A DNA stretch of 64,000 nt. Origin: Armatimonadota bacterium (GTDB lineage Bacteria > Armatimonadota > SYMT01). Shown here piece after piece: positions 46,893-56,281 of this stretch (positions within the stretch are counted from its first letter, which is position 1; each line of letters begins with the position of its first letter). The position numbers were made by a program, and so were the translations under genes. The stretch covers positions 384,001 to 448,000 of the forward strand of contig JAWLHY010000004.1 in NCBI GenBank assembly GCA_041690135.1, given 5' to 3'. A model generated the notes under the pieces. It saw only the letters and a program-made list of their open reading frames with translations. It did no database searches and was not told the origin of the DNA.

Positions 46893-49082
46893 ATGCCACT
46901 TCAGCGACTGCTTCTCATTCTTCGAGATCCACGGGAGCGAAGCCGTAGCCGACGCACCGAACCAGGTTCGCGAGTTCAAACCCCTGGCCGGTTGACGGAA
47001 GTCCGCCATGCCTCGGCCATCGCCCCTGTTCCCCGGATTGAAATCCGGGGCGGGCTGACCGAAGTCGCACCTCCTGGGGGCGTAAACCTGCGCGGGCTCC
47101 CAAGCGGTGGCGGGTACGGTTCCGGCAAGTACGGCCACTTCCGGCAGCTCTGTGCGTGGGTAGCTGGGGGTGGGCTCTGTCTGGCCGCCAGCAGCCCCGC
47201 TGTGGCCGCCAACTTGCTGGCGGGGAACGGCGGCCTGGAACGGTGGTCGGCGCTTCGGGGCGCCCGGATCGCGGCCAACTCCGCCACGGCCCCGGACGGC
47301 ACGAACACCGCGGACACTGTAGACGAACGGGGCTCCGCGAACGGCGCGCGAGTCCTCACCAGAACCGTTGTCCGGAAGGGCTCCGCACCGCTACGACTTT
47401 CGATCCACCTGAAGGCCGGCACCCTGCAGCGAGCACAACTCGCCGTGCGGGTGGCCGGCCGACTGCAGCCGGTGGCCAGCCTCGAGACCCCGCTCACCGG
47501 CTCCTGGAAACAGTTCACTCTGACGGTGCCCGCCCCGAAGAAGAATGCCCGAATTACGGTGGAGCTCTACCCGGGAACGGCCCGGCGAGAGCGAGGTTCG
47601 GTGATCGCGTGGGGAGCCCGGCTGGAGGCCGAAACCCCCACATCCCCGCCCCCCGGCGGCGATAACCCTCCTACTCCTACTCCTACTCCTACTCCTACTC
47701 CTACTCCCGGCCCCGCGGCGGGCGCGTTGAACGTGCGGGACTTCGGGGCCAATCCGGCACGGAACGGCGATGACCGTGCCGCCATCCAGGCCTGCTTCGA
47801 TGCCGCCGCCGCGCAGGGTAAGGACGTCTACTTCCCGGCCGGCTACTACTGGCTCTCCAACCGCGTCTACTTCCGCGCCGCCGGCCGGACCGTGCTGGGC
47901 GACGGTGCGGAGCGCTCCTTCCTGGCGGGAAATACCGACCTGGATTCGCTCCTGCAAATCGACCGGGTCAACGGCGTGACGGTGCGGGACCTGCGGTTCG
48001 AGGGCAGCCTCACCAACGAGCAGAACACCAACGTCTGGCCCGCCATCGAGCCCTTCCTCACCAGCGGCACCACCGTCCGCCGCGTCCACACCTACGGCAC
48101 CGGCTACCTGGTCCGCGACAACTCCGCCACCGATACCCTCATCGAGGACGCGGTCTGCGAGGACTACGGTCGCATCGGCTATCTCGTCGGCTCCGGCGGC
48201 ACCGTTCGCAACACCAAGTTCGTCTGCCGCCCCTCCTGGGTCTTCGCCGACCAGATGAACGGCATCTACGCCTCCGCCGGCAAGCAGAACATCCTCATCG
48301 AGAACAACCAGTTCATCCACTGCGGCTCCTACGCCATGACCCTCTGGGGCTCCAACTCCGGCGTCTGGACCGAGAACGTCACCGTGCAGCACAACCTGTT
48401 CGAGCGCTGCGACCGCGCCCTCGTGATCGCCGCCTCGGCCAGCGGTCCCGGCTACCGCAACGTGAAGTTCCTCAACAACACGGTGCGGCAGTGCGCGGAC
48501 AAGAGCATCCACATCGGCAAGTTCAACGGCAGCAACGCCGACGGCACCGCCCTGGTGATCGACGGCAACGTGTTCGAAGACCCGGGCTCGGATATGGCGA
48601 TCTTCCTGACCAACTGGAACGCCAGCGGCCCCATCACGGGGGTGCGGATCACCAACAACGAGTTCCGGCAGCCGACGAAGAGCGCCTACTACGGGCTGTA
48701 TCTGTGGCAGAACAGCGCCGCATTCTCGGACATCCTGGTGGAGAACAACACGATCAGCGACATCGGGCACAACGGGACCACGGAGAAGGCCCACTGCGGC
48801 ATCTACCTCCGCTCCGGCACCGTTACGATCCGCGGTAACACCCTCTCCCTCTGGCCCGGCGCAGGTCGGACGCTCGCGGTCGACGGTCTACGCCTTGATG
48901 CCGGAGTGCGGGGGGCCGTCGTCACGAACAACCACTTCGAGGGAACCAGTGGTCCCGGGGCCTACGGCCTGCGGATGGTCGCCCCCGGCGGGAGCGCCCA
49001 CGGCAGCATCACCCGGAACCGTTTCCGGGGTGTCCAACTCGTGGCGAACGGCATCCCGGTGAGTGGGAACGTGGTCGAGTAA
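46893..49082 (+). CDS. Secreted CBM-like domain, PT linker and beta-helix protein (paralogue 2); start uncertain
   Basis: AVAA|NLL cleavage site, APDGTNTAD, WGARLE, (PT)6 linker, beta-helix near-identical to paralogue 1. Confidence 0.88.
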   Translation: MPLQRLLLILRDPRERSRSRRTEPGSRVQTPGRLTEVRHASAIAPVPRIEIRGGLTEVAPPGGVNLRGLPSGGGYGSGKYGHFRQLCAWVAGGGLCLAASSPAVAANLLAGNGGLERWSALRGARIAANSATAPDGTNTADTVDERGSANGARVLTRTVVRKGSAPLRLSIHLKAGTLQRAQLAVRVAGRLQPVASLETPLTGSWKQFTLTVPAPKKNARITVELYPGTARRERGSVIAWGARLEAETPTSPPPGGDNPPTPTPTPTPTPTPGPAAGALNVRDFGANPARNGDDRAAIQACFDAAAAQGKDVYFPAGYYWLSNRVYFRAAGRTVLGDGAERSFLAGNTDLDSLLQIDRVNGVTVRDLRFEGSLTNEQNTNVWPAIEPFLTSGTTVRRVHTYGTGYLVRDNSATDTLIEDAVCEDYGRIGYLVGSGGTVRNTKFVCRPSWVFADQMNGIYASAGKQNILIENNQFIHCGSYAMTLWGSNSGVWTENVTVQHNLFERCDRALVIAASASGPGYRNVKFLNNTVRQCADKSIHIGKFNGSNADGTALVIDGNVFEDPGSDMAIFLTNWNASGPITGVRITNNEFRQPTKSAYYGLYLWQNSAAFSDILVENNTISDIGHNGTTEKAHCGIYLRSGTVTIRGNTLSLWPGAGRTLAVDGLRLDAGVRGAVVTNNHFEGTSGPGAYGLRMVAPGGSAHGSITRNRFRGVQLVANGIPVSGNVVE

Positions 49083-49098
49083 CGTCGAGGGGGCGGGC

Positions 49099-49755
49099 TC
49101 AGGAACTCCCCGCCCCCACCCTGCGGTTTTCCAGGAGTTGGGCTGCCCAGGCAGCGTCCTCCGGGGCCAACGGAACCTCCGGCGGTCCGGAGTAGTCCAC
49201 GGCGAGGTCGTAACCGATCAGGTCGTAGACCTGGGTGAAGGCAAGCTGGAGGTCCAGCAGCACGTCCGCATCGCCGGGAAGGAGCGGCACGGGAATCTGC
49301 GGGAGCGGTGAGCGAAGCCGGATGGGCCACACGCCCACGGCAGGCCTTTGCTCCGCCCGGCTTAGAAACACCCCATAGTCCATATCCGGCAGCGGCTCCA
49401 ACGTCGGAAGCCGCCGTCCTTCCCGCAAGAGATCGATCTCCAGCAGGTGCGCGTCACTCGTGAGGATCCGCTGTCGCTTGACCAGGTACTCCTGGCGCCC
49501 GTCCCCGCGTTTGTTCGTCGGGGACAACACCTCGATGGCAGTCACCAACTGCCGGTGCGCCGTATCCCGGATCTCCACCGTGACATGGGGGATGGGATTC
49601 CGCGCTGGTATCGGAGACTTCATAGTCAAGGCCAGGTAACGGGGCCGGAGGCGGGGTGCCAGTTGACGCGCGATCTCCACCGCCAACTGCGTGTGGACGC
49701 TCATCCAGAGCGAGCCTTCCAGATAGGGGTCCATTCCCGGAAATGGCGATGGCAT
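49099..49755 (-). CDS. DUF4058 family protein (PD-(D/E)xK-like)
   Basis: MPSPFPGMDPYLE, IEVLSPTNK, LLEIDLLR, LPQIPVPL. Confidence 0.9.
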   Translation of the reverse strand: MPSPFPGMDPYLEGSLWMSVHTQLAVEIARQLAPRLRPRYLALTMKSPIPARNPIPHVTVEIRDTAHRQLVTAIEVLSPTNKRGDGRQEYLVKRQRILTSDAHLLEIDLLREGRRLPTLEPLPDMDYGVFLSRAEQRPAVGVWPIRLRSPLPQIPVPLLPGDADVLLDLQLAFTQVYDLIGYDLAVDYSGPPEVPLAPEDAAWAAQLLENRRVGAGSS

Positions 49756-50175
49756 GGTTTAGCCTGCACTAGCGAAGTCAGAACCCATAGCGTCATTGCG
49801 AGGGAGCCTCAGCGACCGCGGCAATCCCCCTGATGTATACACCGCACTCTTCGGCAGCGGACGCCAGCCTTGCAGAATCTGTTGCGGAGCCAAACCTCAA
49901 TGGGGACGATCCTGTAACCAGGGCATCTTCTGTTCATCAGGGGGGATTGCCACAGTTTACCCGCCGCGCCAACCCAGCACCCGTACCGGCCCTTCGTGTG
50001 GACTCGTCGATTGCATCGACGCTTTACGACCACGCCCCCGTTTCCCGTCTTGCCGAACCCACTTCCCTATCGTCTGCTTCCCATCCGATCCATCAGAGGG
50101 ATTCCCCCTCGTCCTGTCAGTACCCAGGGGATCGACTTGCACCCGGACAACCGATAGTGCTTCAAATAAAAATTT

Positions 50176-50204
50176 GGAACCTATTTGTTTCGAAAGGGGT
50201 CTGA
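50176..50204 (+). promoter_or_regulatory. Putative ECF (sigmaE-like) promoter upstream of paralogue 3
   Basis: GGAACC-N17-GTCTGA in an AT-rich context. Confidence 0.5.
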
Positions 50205-50443
50205 CCGGGTAAGTAATCGGATTTCCCACGAGAAACCCGGCAGAGCTAAAGCAACAACAGAACGACCTCCGTTCTCAACTGGCTGATTTCACATCCTCGG
50301 AGACACCCCGTCTCAGCCCCCGCGACCTACCTCGATAGCATCCCTGTGCGCGCCAAGTAAACGAGCGCAAGCCAACCTACCGCACCTTTGAAGCAACACC
50401 TTCCCGAAGGGATCGTCGCGCCCAGGTCGCAGGAGACTGATCT

Positions 50444-52693
50444 TTGCACGCAGTAACGAAACGCACGCCTCTGTACGCGTCCGTCGCTTGTCTGGCCGGC
50501 CTGGCCTTGTTCAGTGCCCCTTTTTCTCGGCCGGCGTCCGCCGCCAACCTGGTCGCTCATAGCGAGCGCCTGGACCTCTGGAGTTCGTGGCGGAACGCGA
50601 AAGTCACCCCGGACGCCACCACCGCGCCCGACGGATCCCAGACCGCCGACGCCGTGGTCGATAACGCCAGCATAGACGGCGCCCGCATGATGGGCGCGTC
50701 GGGGGCCTGGCCGGGAGGCGGCGCCGTCTTCTCCGTCTATTTGAAGTCGGGAACGCTTGGAAAAGCCGTGCTGGCCATCCGCAATGGAGTGAACGGGCCG
50801 CATGTCGCCCTCGGCTTCGTGACCCTCAACGGCTCCTGGCAGCGGTTCTGGGTCCGGTCCGCAACACTGCCCGCCGGCGCCACGCTAGTGCCCGAGATCC
50901 ACGCCGGCGTCTATGACCGCGACCACGGTTATGTTTACGCCTGGGGTGCTCAGTTGGAGCCCGGCTCTACTCCCTCGGCCTACGAGGGCATGAACGATAC
51001 GGCGCCCTCACCGACCGACAGTACGCCTCCGACGGTTCCGGGAAGCCTCTCGGCGAGCCTGTCGAGCGGCAAGGTGGTCCTTGGTTGGAGCCCCAGTTCG
51101 GGCGCGCCGACCTCCTACCGGATCGAGCGCGGCGTCAATTCCACCTCTGCGTTCAGCCAGCTCGCCACTGTTTCCACGCCCGGTTACACGGATGGCGCGG
51201 TGAGCTCCGGCAACACCTACAGCTACCGCGTGAAGGCGGTGGACGCCGCCGGCAACGTCAGCGGCGCCTCCAACACGGCCAGCGTTACCGTATCCACGGC
51301 CGTGACGACCCCGCCCCCTCCCACGAACTCCGGCGCGCTGAACGTGGTGAACTACGGCGCCAGCACGGCGGACGGCAACGATGACAGCACCGCGATCCAG
51401 AAGGCCTTCGACGCCGCCGTCTCCCAGGGTAAGGACGTCTACTTCCCGGCGGGTCATTACGACCTCTCGCGGACGGTGGTCTTCCGCGCCTCCGGCCGCA
51501 CCGTCTTCGGCGACGGCATGACAAAGTCGGTCATCGCCGGCAACACCAGCTCCATCTCCCTCCTGCGGCTGGAGAAGACCCAGAACTCGGTGGTTCGTGA
51601 CCTGCGCTTCGACGGCAGCCTGGTGAACAGCCAGCACGTGAACATCGGGCGAGCCATCGAGTGTTACCTGACCGTCGGCACGATGGTCCAGCGGGTCCAC
51701 AGCTACGGCACGGGCTACCTGGTGCAGGACAACAGCGCCACCTCGACCACCATCGAGGACAGCGTTTGCCAGGACTACGGCCGCATCGGTTACCTGCCGG
51801 GAGCGGGGGGAGTGGTCCGCCGCACGCGCTTCGTCTGCCGCCCTTCCTGGGTGTTCGAAGGCAACATGAACGGCGTCTACGTTTCCGCCGGTCGTGGGGA
51901 CGTGCTGGTGGAAGACAGTGAGTTCATCCACTGCGGCGCCTATGCGATGACGATCTGGGGCTCGGCCGCCGGAACCTGGATGGAAGACGTCACGATCCGG
52001 AACAACCGCTTCCAGGACTGTGACAAAGCGTTCGTCGTGGCCGCCGGCGGCGACGGGCCGAACATCCGCAAGGTCCAGTTCATCAACAACACGGTCCGCA
52101 ACTGCGGTGAGAAGAGCATCCACGTCGGCAAGTTCAACGGCAGCAACAGCGGCGGCACCGCGCTGATCATCGACGGCAACGTGTTCGAAGATGCCGGCAA
52201 CGACATGAGCATCTTCATCACCAACTGGGCCGGAACCGCCCCCATCAGCGGCGTGCGGGTGAGCAACAACAAGTTCCTCGCTCCCAACAAGTCCGCCTAC
52301 TATGGGCTCTGGGTCAAGCAGAACGGCGCCGCGCTCTCCGACATCCTCATCGAGAACAACACCTTCTCCGACATCGGCCACTACGGCACAGCGGAGAAGG
52401 GACACTGCGGCATCTACATGCAGACCGGAACCGCGACTATCCGCGGGAACACCTTCACCTTCTGGTCGAACACGGGTCAGTCCCGCACCACCGAAGGGAT
52501 CCGGATGGATGGCGGTGCCCGGGGGGTGCTGGTCGCGAACAACCAGTTCCTCGGCAACGGAGCCCCCAACACCCACGGCTTCCGCATGACGAGTTCCGGC
52601 AGCAGCACGCACGGCAGCGTGGCGAACAACCTGTTCCGCCGCGCACGGCTCACGGCGAATGGAGTGCCGACCTCCGGGAATACCGTGGAGTAA
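50444..52693 (+). CDS. Secreted CBM-like domain, FN3 and beta-helix protein (paralogue 3)
   Basis: AGGAG RBS with TTG start; ASAA|NLVAHSE; WGAQLEPG; one FN3; beta-helix. Confidence 0.93.
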   Translation: MHAVTKRTPLYASVACLAGLALFSAPFSRPASAANLVAHSERLDLWSSWRNAKVTPDATTAPDGSQTADAVVDNASIDGARMMGASGAWPGGGAVFSVYLKSGTLGKAVLAIRNGVNGPHVALGFVTLNGSWQRFWVRSATLPAGATLVPEIHAGVYDRDHGYVYAWGAQLEPGSTPSAYEGMNDTAPSPTDSTPPTVPGSLSASLSSGKVVLGWSPSSGAPTSYRIERGVNSTSAFSQLATVSTPGYTDGAVSSGNTYSYRVKAVDAAGNVSGASNTASVTVSTAVTTPPPPTNSGALNVVNYGASTADGNDDSTAIQKAFDAAVSQGKDVYFPAGHYDLSRTVVFRASGRTVFGDGMTKSVIAGNTSSISLLRLEKTQNSVVRDLRFDGSLVNSQHVNIGRAIECYLTVGTMVQRVHSYGTGYLVQDNSATSTTIEDSVCQDYGRIGYLPGAGGVVRRTRFVCRPSWVFEGNMNGVYVSAGRGDVLVEDSEFIHCGAYAMTIWGSAAGTWMEDVTIRNNRFQDCDKAFVVAAGGDGPNIRKVQFINNTVRNCGEKSIHVGKFNGSNSGGTALIIDGNVFEDAGNDMSIFITNWAGTAPISGVRVSNNKFLAPNKSAYYGLWVKQNGAALSDILIENNTFSDIGHYGTAEKGHCGIYMQTGTATIRGNTFTFWSNTGQSRTTEGIRMDGGARGVLVANNQFLGNGAPNTHGFRMTSSGSSTHGSVANNLFRRARLTANGVPTSGNTVE

Positions 52694-52769
52694 GAGTGCG
52701 AGCAGGAGCGCGCAAAAGGAAGAGTAAGAGTTAAAAGTAAGAGTAAGAGACTGGGGGCGATGATCCCCG

Positions 52770-52801
52770 CGCCAGGCCGTAAGGCCTGGCGTTTCTTTTT
52801 T
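52770..52801 (+). terminator. Intrinsic terminator
   Basis: cgccaggcc-gtaa-ggcctggcgtttctttttt. Confidence 0.9.
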
Positions 52802-52864
52802 CACCAGTGGGTCACTGGTAACGCAAGTTCCGATTGCCTGGCGATCGGGACAGCCCCTGCCCTG

Positions 52865-52935
52865 GCACCTACAGATGTAGGGTAGGATACTCCGTCACCG
52901 CCTGGTCTTGCGCTTGCACCCGTTATTCCGGGTGC
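52865..52935 (+). repeat. GTAG/REP-like element (family A)
   Basis: gcacctacagatgtagggtaggatactccgtcaccgcctggtcttgcgcttgcacccgt. Confidence 0.6.
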
Positions 52936-53423
52936 GACTCCGCTCCCACCTCAGGGCCCCAACTTCGCGGGGTAACCGTCGCAATTCCCCGCACCCCATG
53001 CATCCCTCCGCTCACCGGGTTGAGTACCCCTTCGGCAGGGGGTCCTGACCGAACCAGGAGGGCGGTATGCAGATGTACACTCCGACCAGCGACCTTCCGC
53101 CGTCCGGCACCTCATTCAAGCGTTGTAATTCAATCATTGTATTTTTCTGTTTAGATGTGCAATCACGTAGGTAGACTAAGGCGTTTCCCGTTCATCAGCG
53201 CCTGTACGGGTGGCCCACACCCACTCGCGCCGGTGGGAGCCCTCCGAGTACCGTGCACACCCGTGCCCGCTCGCCGCCGGCTCCGGGTCCCCGCAAGTAA
53301 AGTCCGCGAGCACGGAAGCTCTCGGACAAGCAAGCAACCGTTAGTAATGCAATCGACCACGTGCCCGAGGTCGTTCCGCGCAATGCGTGCGCGGCGAAGC
53401 CTCCCGGAAGAGGAAAACGATCG

Positions 53424-55916
53424 ATGCAATCCGTACTGGCTAAACGCCTCCTCCTTGTCTTTGGACTCGGCTTCGCGTGCTTGCCGCTATCCCGACCGCT
53501 CTCGGCCCAGGTTACCTCCCCTTCGCGTCCGGCCCAGACACTAAGCACCACCAGCACGACGGTTCATGATCCATCCCGAACCGGATACTACGATCCCATC
53601 TCCTTCTGGTGGGGCGTCATCCTGGGCGATCCGAATGCGCTGATCGACACCGGCATGGGCTACAACCCGTACGTCCACTACGACCCCTACGGCCGTCCGA
53701 TCGGCGAGTGGTTCCCGGTGGCGCCTCCCCCGCCGAACCCGGACCCCTTACCGGTCCCGGTGATCGAGGGGCCGTCTCTTCCCGGAGACGATTCGCCCGT
53801 CTACGCCCCTCCGGGGGCCTATCCGGACCCCGGCACCACCCCCCCGCCCGTTATCGTCCAACCACCCTACCTCGATCCCACGTACGTGGAACCTCCCTAC
53901 TATTGGGATGATTGGGAATTCTCCATGCCCCAGACACCTGCGGGGCTGACGGCAAATCCCGGGCTGGAGAACAGTATCTTTCTCGATTGGGAGGACAATC
54001 CGGAACCGGACCTCGCCTCTTACCAGGTGTGGCGCAGCACGAACCCCGAAACGGGGTTCGCACTGGTGGCACAGGTCGGGGTGAGCCACTACCTCGACAC
54101 CACCACCGAGCCGGGCGTGGAGTACTGGTACATGGTGGCCGCGGTAGACTTCGTCGGCTACATCAGCGGGACTTGCGAGCCCGTATCGGCCACGGCATCC
54201 AGTACTTCGGTCAGGCCGTCCGCGCCCACCGGACTAACCGCCGAACCCAGTGCCGTTTCGGTTGTGTTGCGCTGGCAGCACAGCCCGGATGCCAACGTCG
54301 TGGGCTACATCGTCGAGCGCAGCGACGGTACGCCGGACAACTGGGCCTCCGTCGGCCGTACGACCGCCGCCACCTTCACGGACGCCAACGTGACTCCAGG
54401 GGCGACCTACTACTACCGGGTGGTCGCCGTAACCGAAGACGGTCAGATGAGCGAGCCTTCCAACGAGGTGCAGGTCCAGGTTCCGGCGAACGGCCCCCCA
54501 ACCGGAGAAGACGAAACGGAGAGCGAACTTCCCCCGCCGCCGTCCACGGGCGGAGCGCTGAACGTCGTGGACTTTGGGGCCAGTCCGGCGCGGACCGGCG
54601 ACGACACCGGTGCGATCCAACGAGCCTTCGACACGGCGCAGTCACAGAATAAGGACGTCTACTTCCCGTCCGGCTACTACTGGATCTCGAAGAAGGTCGT
54701 CTTCCGCGCCGCCGGCCGAACCGTCTTCGGAGACGGCATGACGAAGTCGGTGCTCGCCGGGAACACCGACCGCCACTCGCTGCTGGAGTTGTACCGGGCC
54801 ACGAATGCCGTGGTGCGCGACCTCCGGTTCGAAGGCAGCCTCACGAACGAGCAGGACACGAACATCTGGCCGGCAGTAGAGGTGGCCTCCACCAACGGCG
54901 CCAAGCTCTACCGCAACCACAGCTACGGCACCGGTTACCTGCTCCGCGACTCCGGCGGCACCAACACGCACGTGGAGGAGAATATCTGCGAAGATTACGG
55001 TCGCATCGGCTACCTCATCGGAAGCGGCGCCGTGGTGCGCAACAACCGGTTCGTTTGCCGGCCGTCGTGGGTCTTCGAAGACCAGATGAACGGCATCTAC
55101 GCTTCCGCGGGAAAGCAAAACCTGATCATCGAGAACAATGTGTTCATCCACTGCGGCTCCTACGCCATGACCCTCTGGGGCTCGAAGACCGGTGAATGGA
55201 CGCAGAACATCGTGGTCCAGCAGAACATCTTCGAGGACTGCGATCGCGTGCTGGTGATTGCCTCCAGTGCGACCGGCCCCGGCTACCGCAACGTGAAGTT
55301 CCTCAACAACACGCTGCGGCGCTCCGGCGACAAGAGCATCCACATCGGCAAGTTCAACGGCAGCAACTCCGATGGCTCGGGCCTGGTGATCGACGGCAAC
55401 GTGTTCGAGGACCCCGGTTCCGACATGAGCATCTTCATGACCAACTGGAACGCCAGCGGCCCCATCACGGGGGTGCGGATCTCCAACAACCAGTTCCTGC
55501 ACCCGAACAAGTCGGCCTACCATGGCATCTACATCTGGCAGAACGTCGCGCCGCTGTGGGATGTGATCATCGAAAACAACACCTTCGCGGGCTTCGGCCA
55601 CAACGGCTCCACGGAGAAGGCGCATACCGCCCTCTACCTCCGCTCCGGCAGCGACATCATTGTGCGCGGCAACGAGTTCACGCACTGGGAGGGCGCCGGC
55701 GCGACCTGCGATGTCCACGCCATCAAGATGGATACGGGGGTCCGCAACTCCCGCATCGAGGGCAACACCTTCGTAGGCACCGGAAAGCCCGGCGCGCTGG
55801 GTCTCCGGGTAACCTCGCGGGCCAGCTCCGCCCTCGGCTCGATCACCAACAACGTGTTCCGGAGAGCCCGCCTCATCGACAACGGCGTGCCCTGCTCCGG
55901 CAACACCCTTCAATAA
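53424..55916 (+). CDS. Secreted P/Y/D-rich region, 2 FN3 and beta-helix protein (paralogue 4)
   Basis: Signal peptide MQSVLAKRLLL..LSA|Q; FN3 WEDNPEPDLASYQVWR; beta-helix homologous to the other three. Confidence 0.93.
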   Translation: MQSVLAKRLLLVFGLGFACLPLSRPLSAQVTSPSRPAQTLSTTSTTVHDPSRTGYYDPISFWWGVILGDPNALIDTGMGYNPYVHYDPYGRPIGEWFPVAPPPPNPDPLPVPVIEGPSLPGDDSPVYAPPGAYPDPGTTPPPVIVQPPYLDPTYVEPPYYWDDWEFSMPQTPAGLTANPGLENSIFLDWEDNPEPDLASYQVWRSTNPETGFALVAQVGVSHYLDTTTEPGVEYWYMVAAVDFVGYISGTCEPVSATASSTSVRPSAPTGLTAEPSAVSVVLRWQHSPDANVVGYIVERSDGTPDNWASVGRTTAATFTDANVTPGATYYYRVVAVTEDGQMSEPSNEVQVQVPANGPPTGEDETESELPPPPSTGGALNVVDFGASPARTGDDTGAIQRAFDTAQSQNKDVYFPSGYYWISKKVVFRAAGRTVFGDGMTKSVLAGNTDRHSLLELYRATNAVVRDLRFEGSLTNEQDTNIWPAVEVASTNGAKLYRNHSYGTGYLLRDSGGTNTHVEENICEDYGRIGYLIGSGAVVRNNRFVCRPSWVFEDQMNGIYASAGKQNLIIENNVFIHCGSYAMTLWGSKTGEWTQNIVVQQNIFEDCDRVLVIASSATGPGYRNVKFLNNTLRRSGDKSIHIGKFNGSNSDGSGLVIDGNVFEDPGSDMSIFMTNWNASGPITGVRISNNQFLHPNKSAYHGIYIWQNVAPLWDVIIENNTFAGFGHNGSTEKAHTALYLRSGSDIIVRGNEFTHWEGAGATCDVHAIKMDTGVRNSRIEGNTFVGTGKPGALGLRVTSRASSALGSITNNVFRRARLIDNGVPCSGNTLQ

Positions 55917-55942
55917 GGAGCTTCCCTCCGGAAGGAACAACC

Positions 55943-55982
55943 AGAGGGCTCCGGGTGCGATGTGCGCCCGGAGCCCTCTTTC
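55943..55982 (+). terminator. Intrinsic terminator
   Basis: agagggctccggg...cccggagccctctttc. Confidence 0.75.
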
Positions 55983-56281
55983 GTTCTCTCCGTCCCACAA
56001 CAGATGTCACAGCCCTGGGCTCCTGGTGAACGGCCTGCGCTCTGTCCTGGCACCCGCAGAAGTAGGGCGGGGTGTCGGCATCCCTCTGGAAAACCGTGCC
56101 TGGGCAGGTATGTCCACCCACCCTTTGGCGCTTGTCGGTCTCTTGCTCTCAAACAAGCTATCCCCTGGAACTACCTCGTCCCCCAAGCCTGACCAGGCTA
56201 TGCTCAAGTGCCACAACATCGGAATAGGCAGGAGAAGAGCCGTCACCCGTCTCAAATAGGAACCAAGACAAGGAGCAGAAC

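Noticed and set aside
45686-48847. Diversity-generating retroelement template/variable repeat pair
   Set aside because: No reverse transcriptase, no adenine-specific mismatch pattern, and both copies are coding
42254-55916. Prophage tail region
   Set aside because: The genes have Sec-type signal peptides and host-like codon usage; no capsid, terminase or integrase genes are present
42047-56000. Long minus-strand ORFs (595, 824, 467, 598 and 452 aa)
   Set aside because: Antisense shadows of GC3-biased + strand genes with no recognisable motifs
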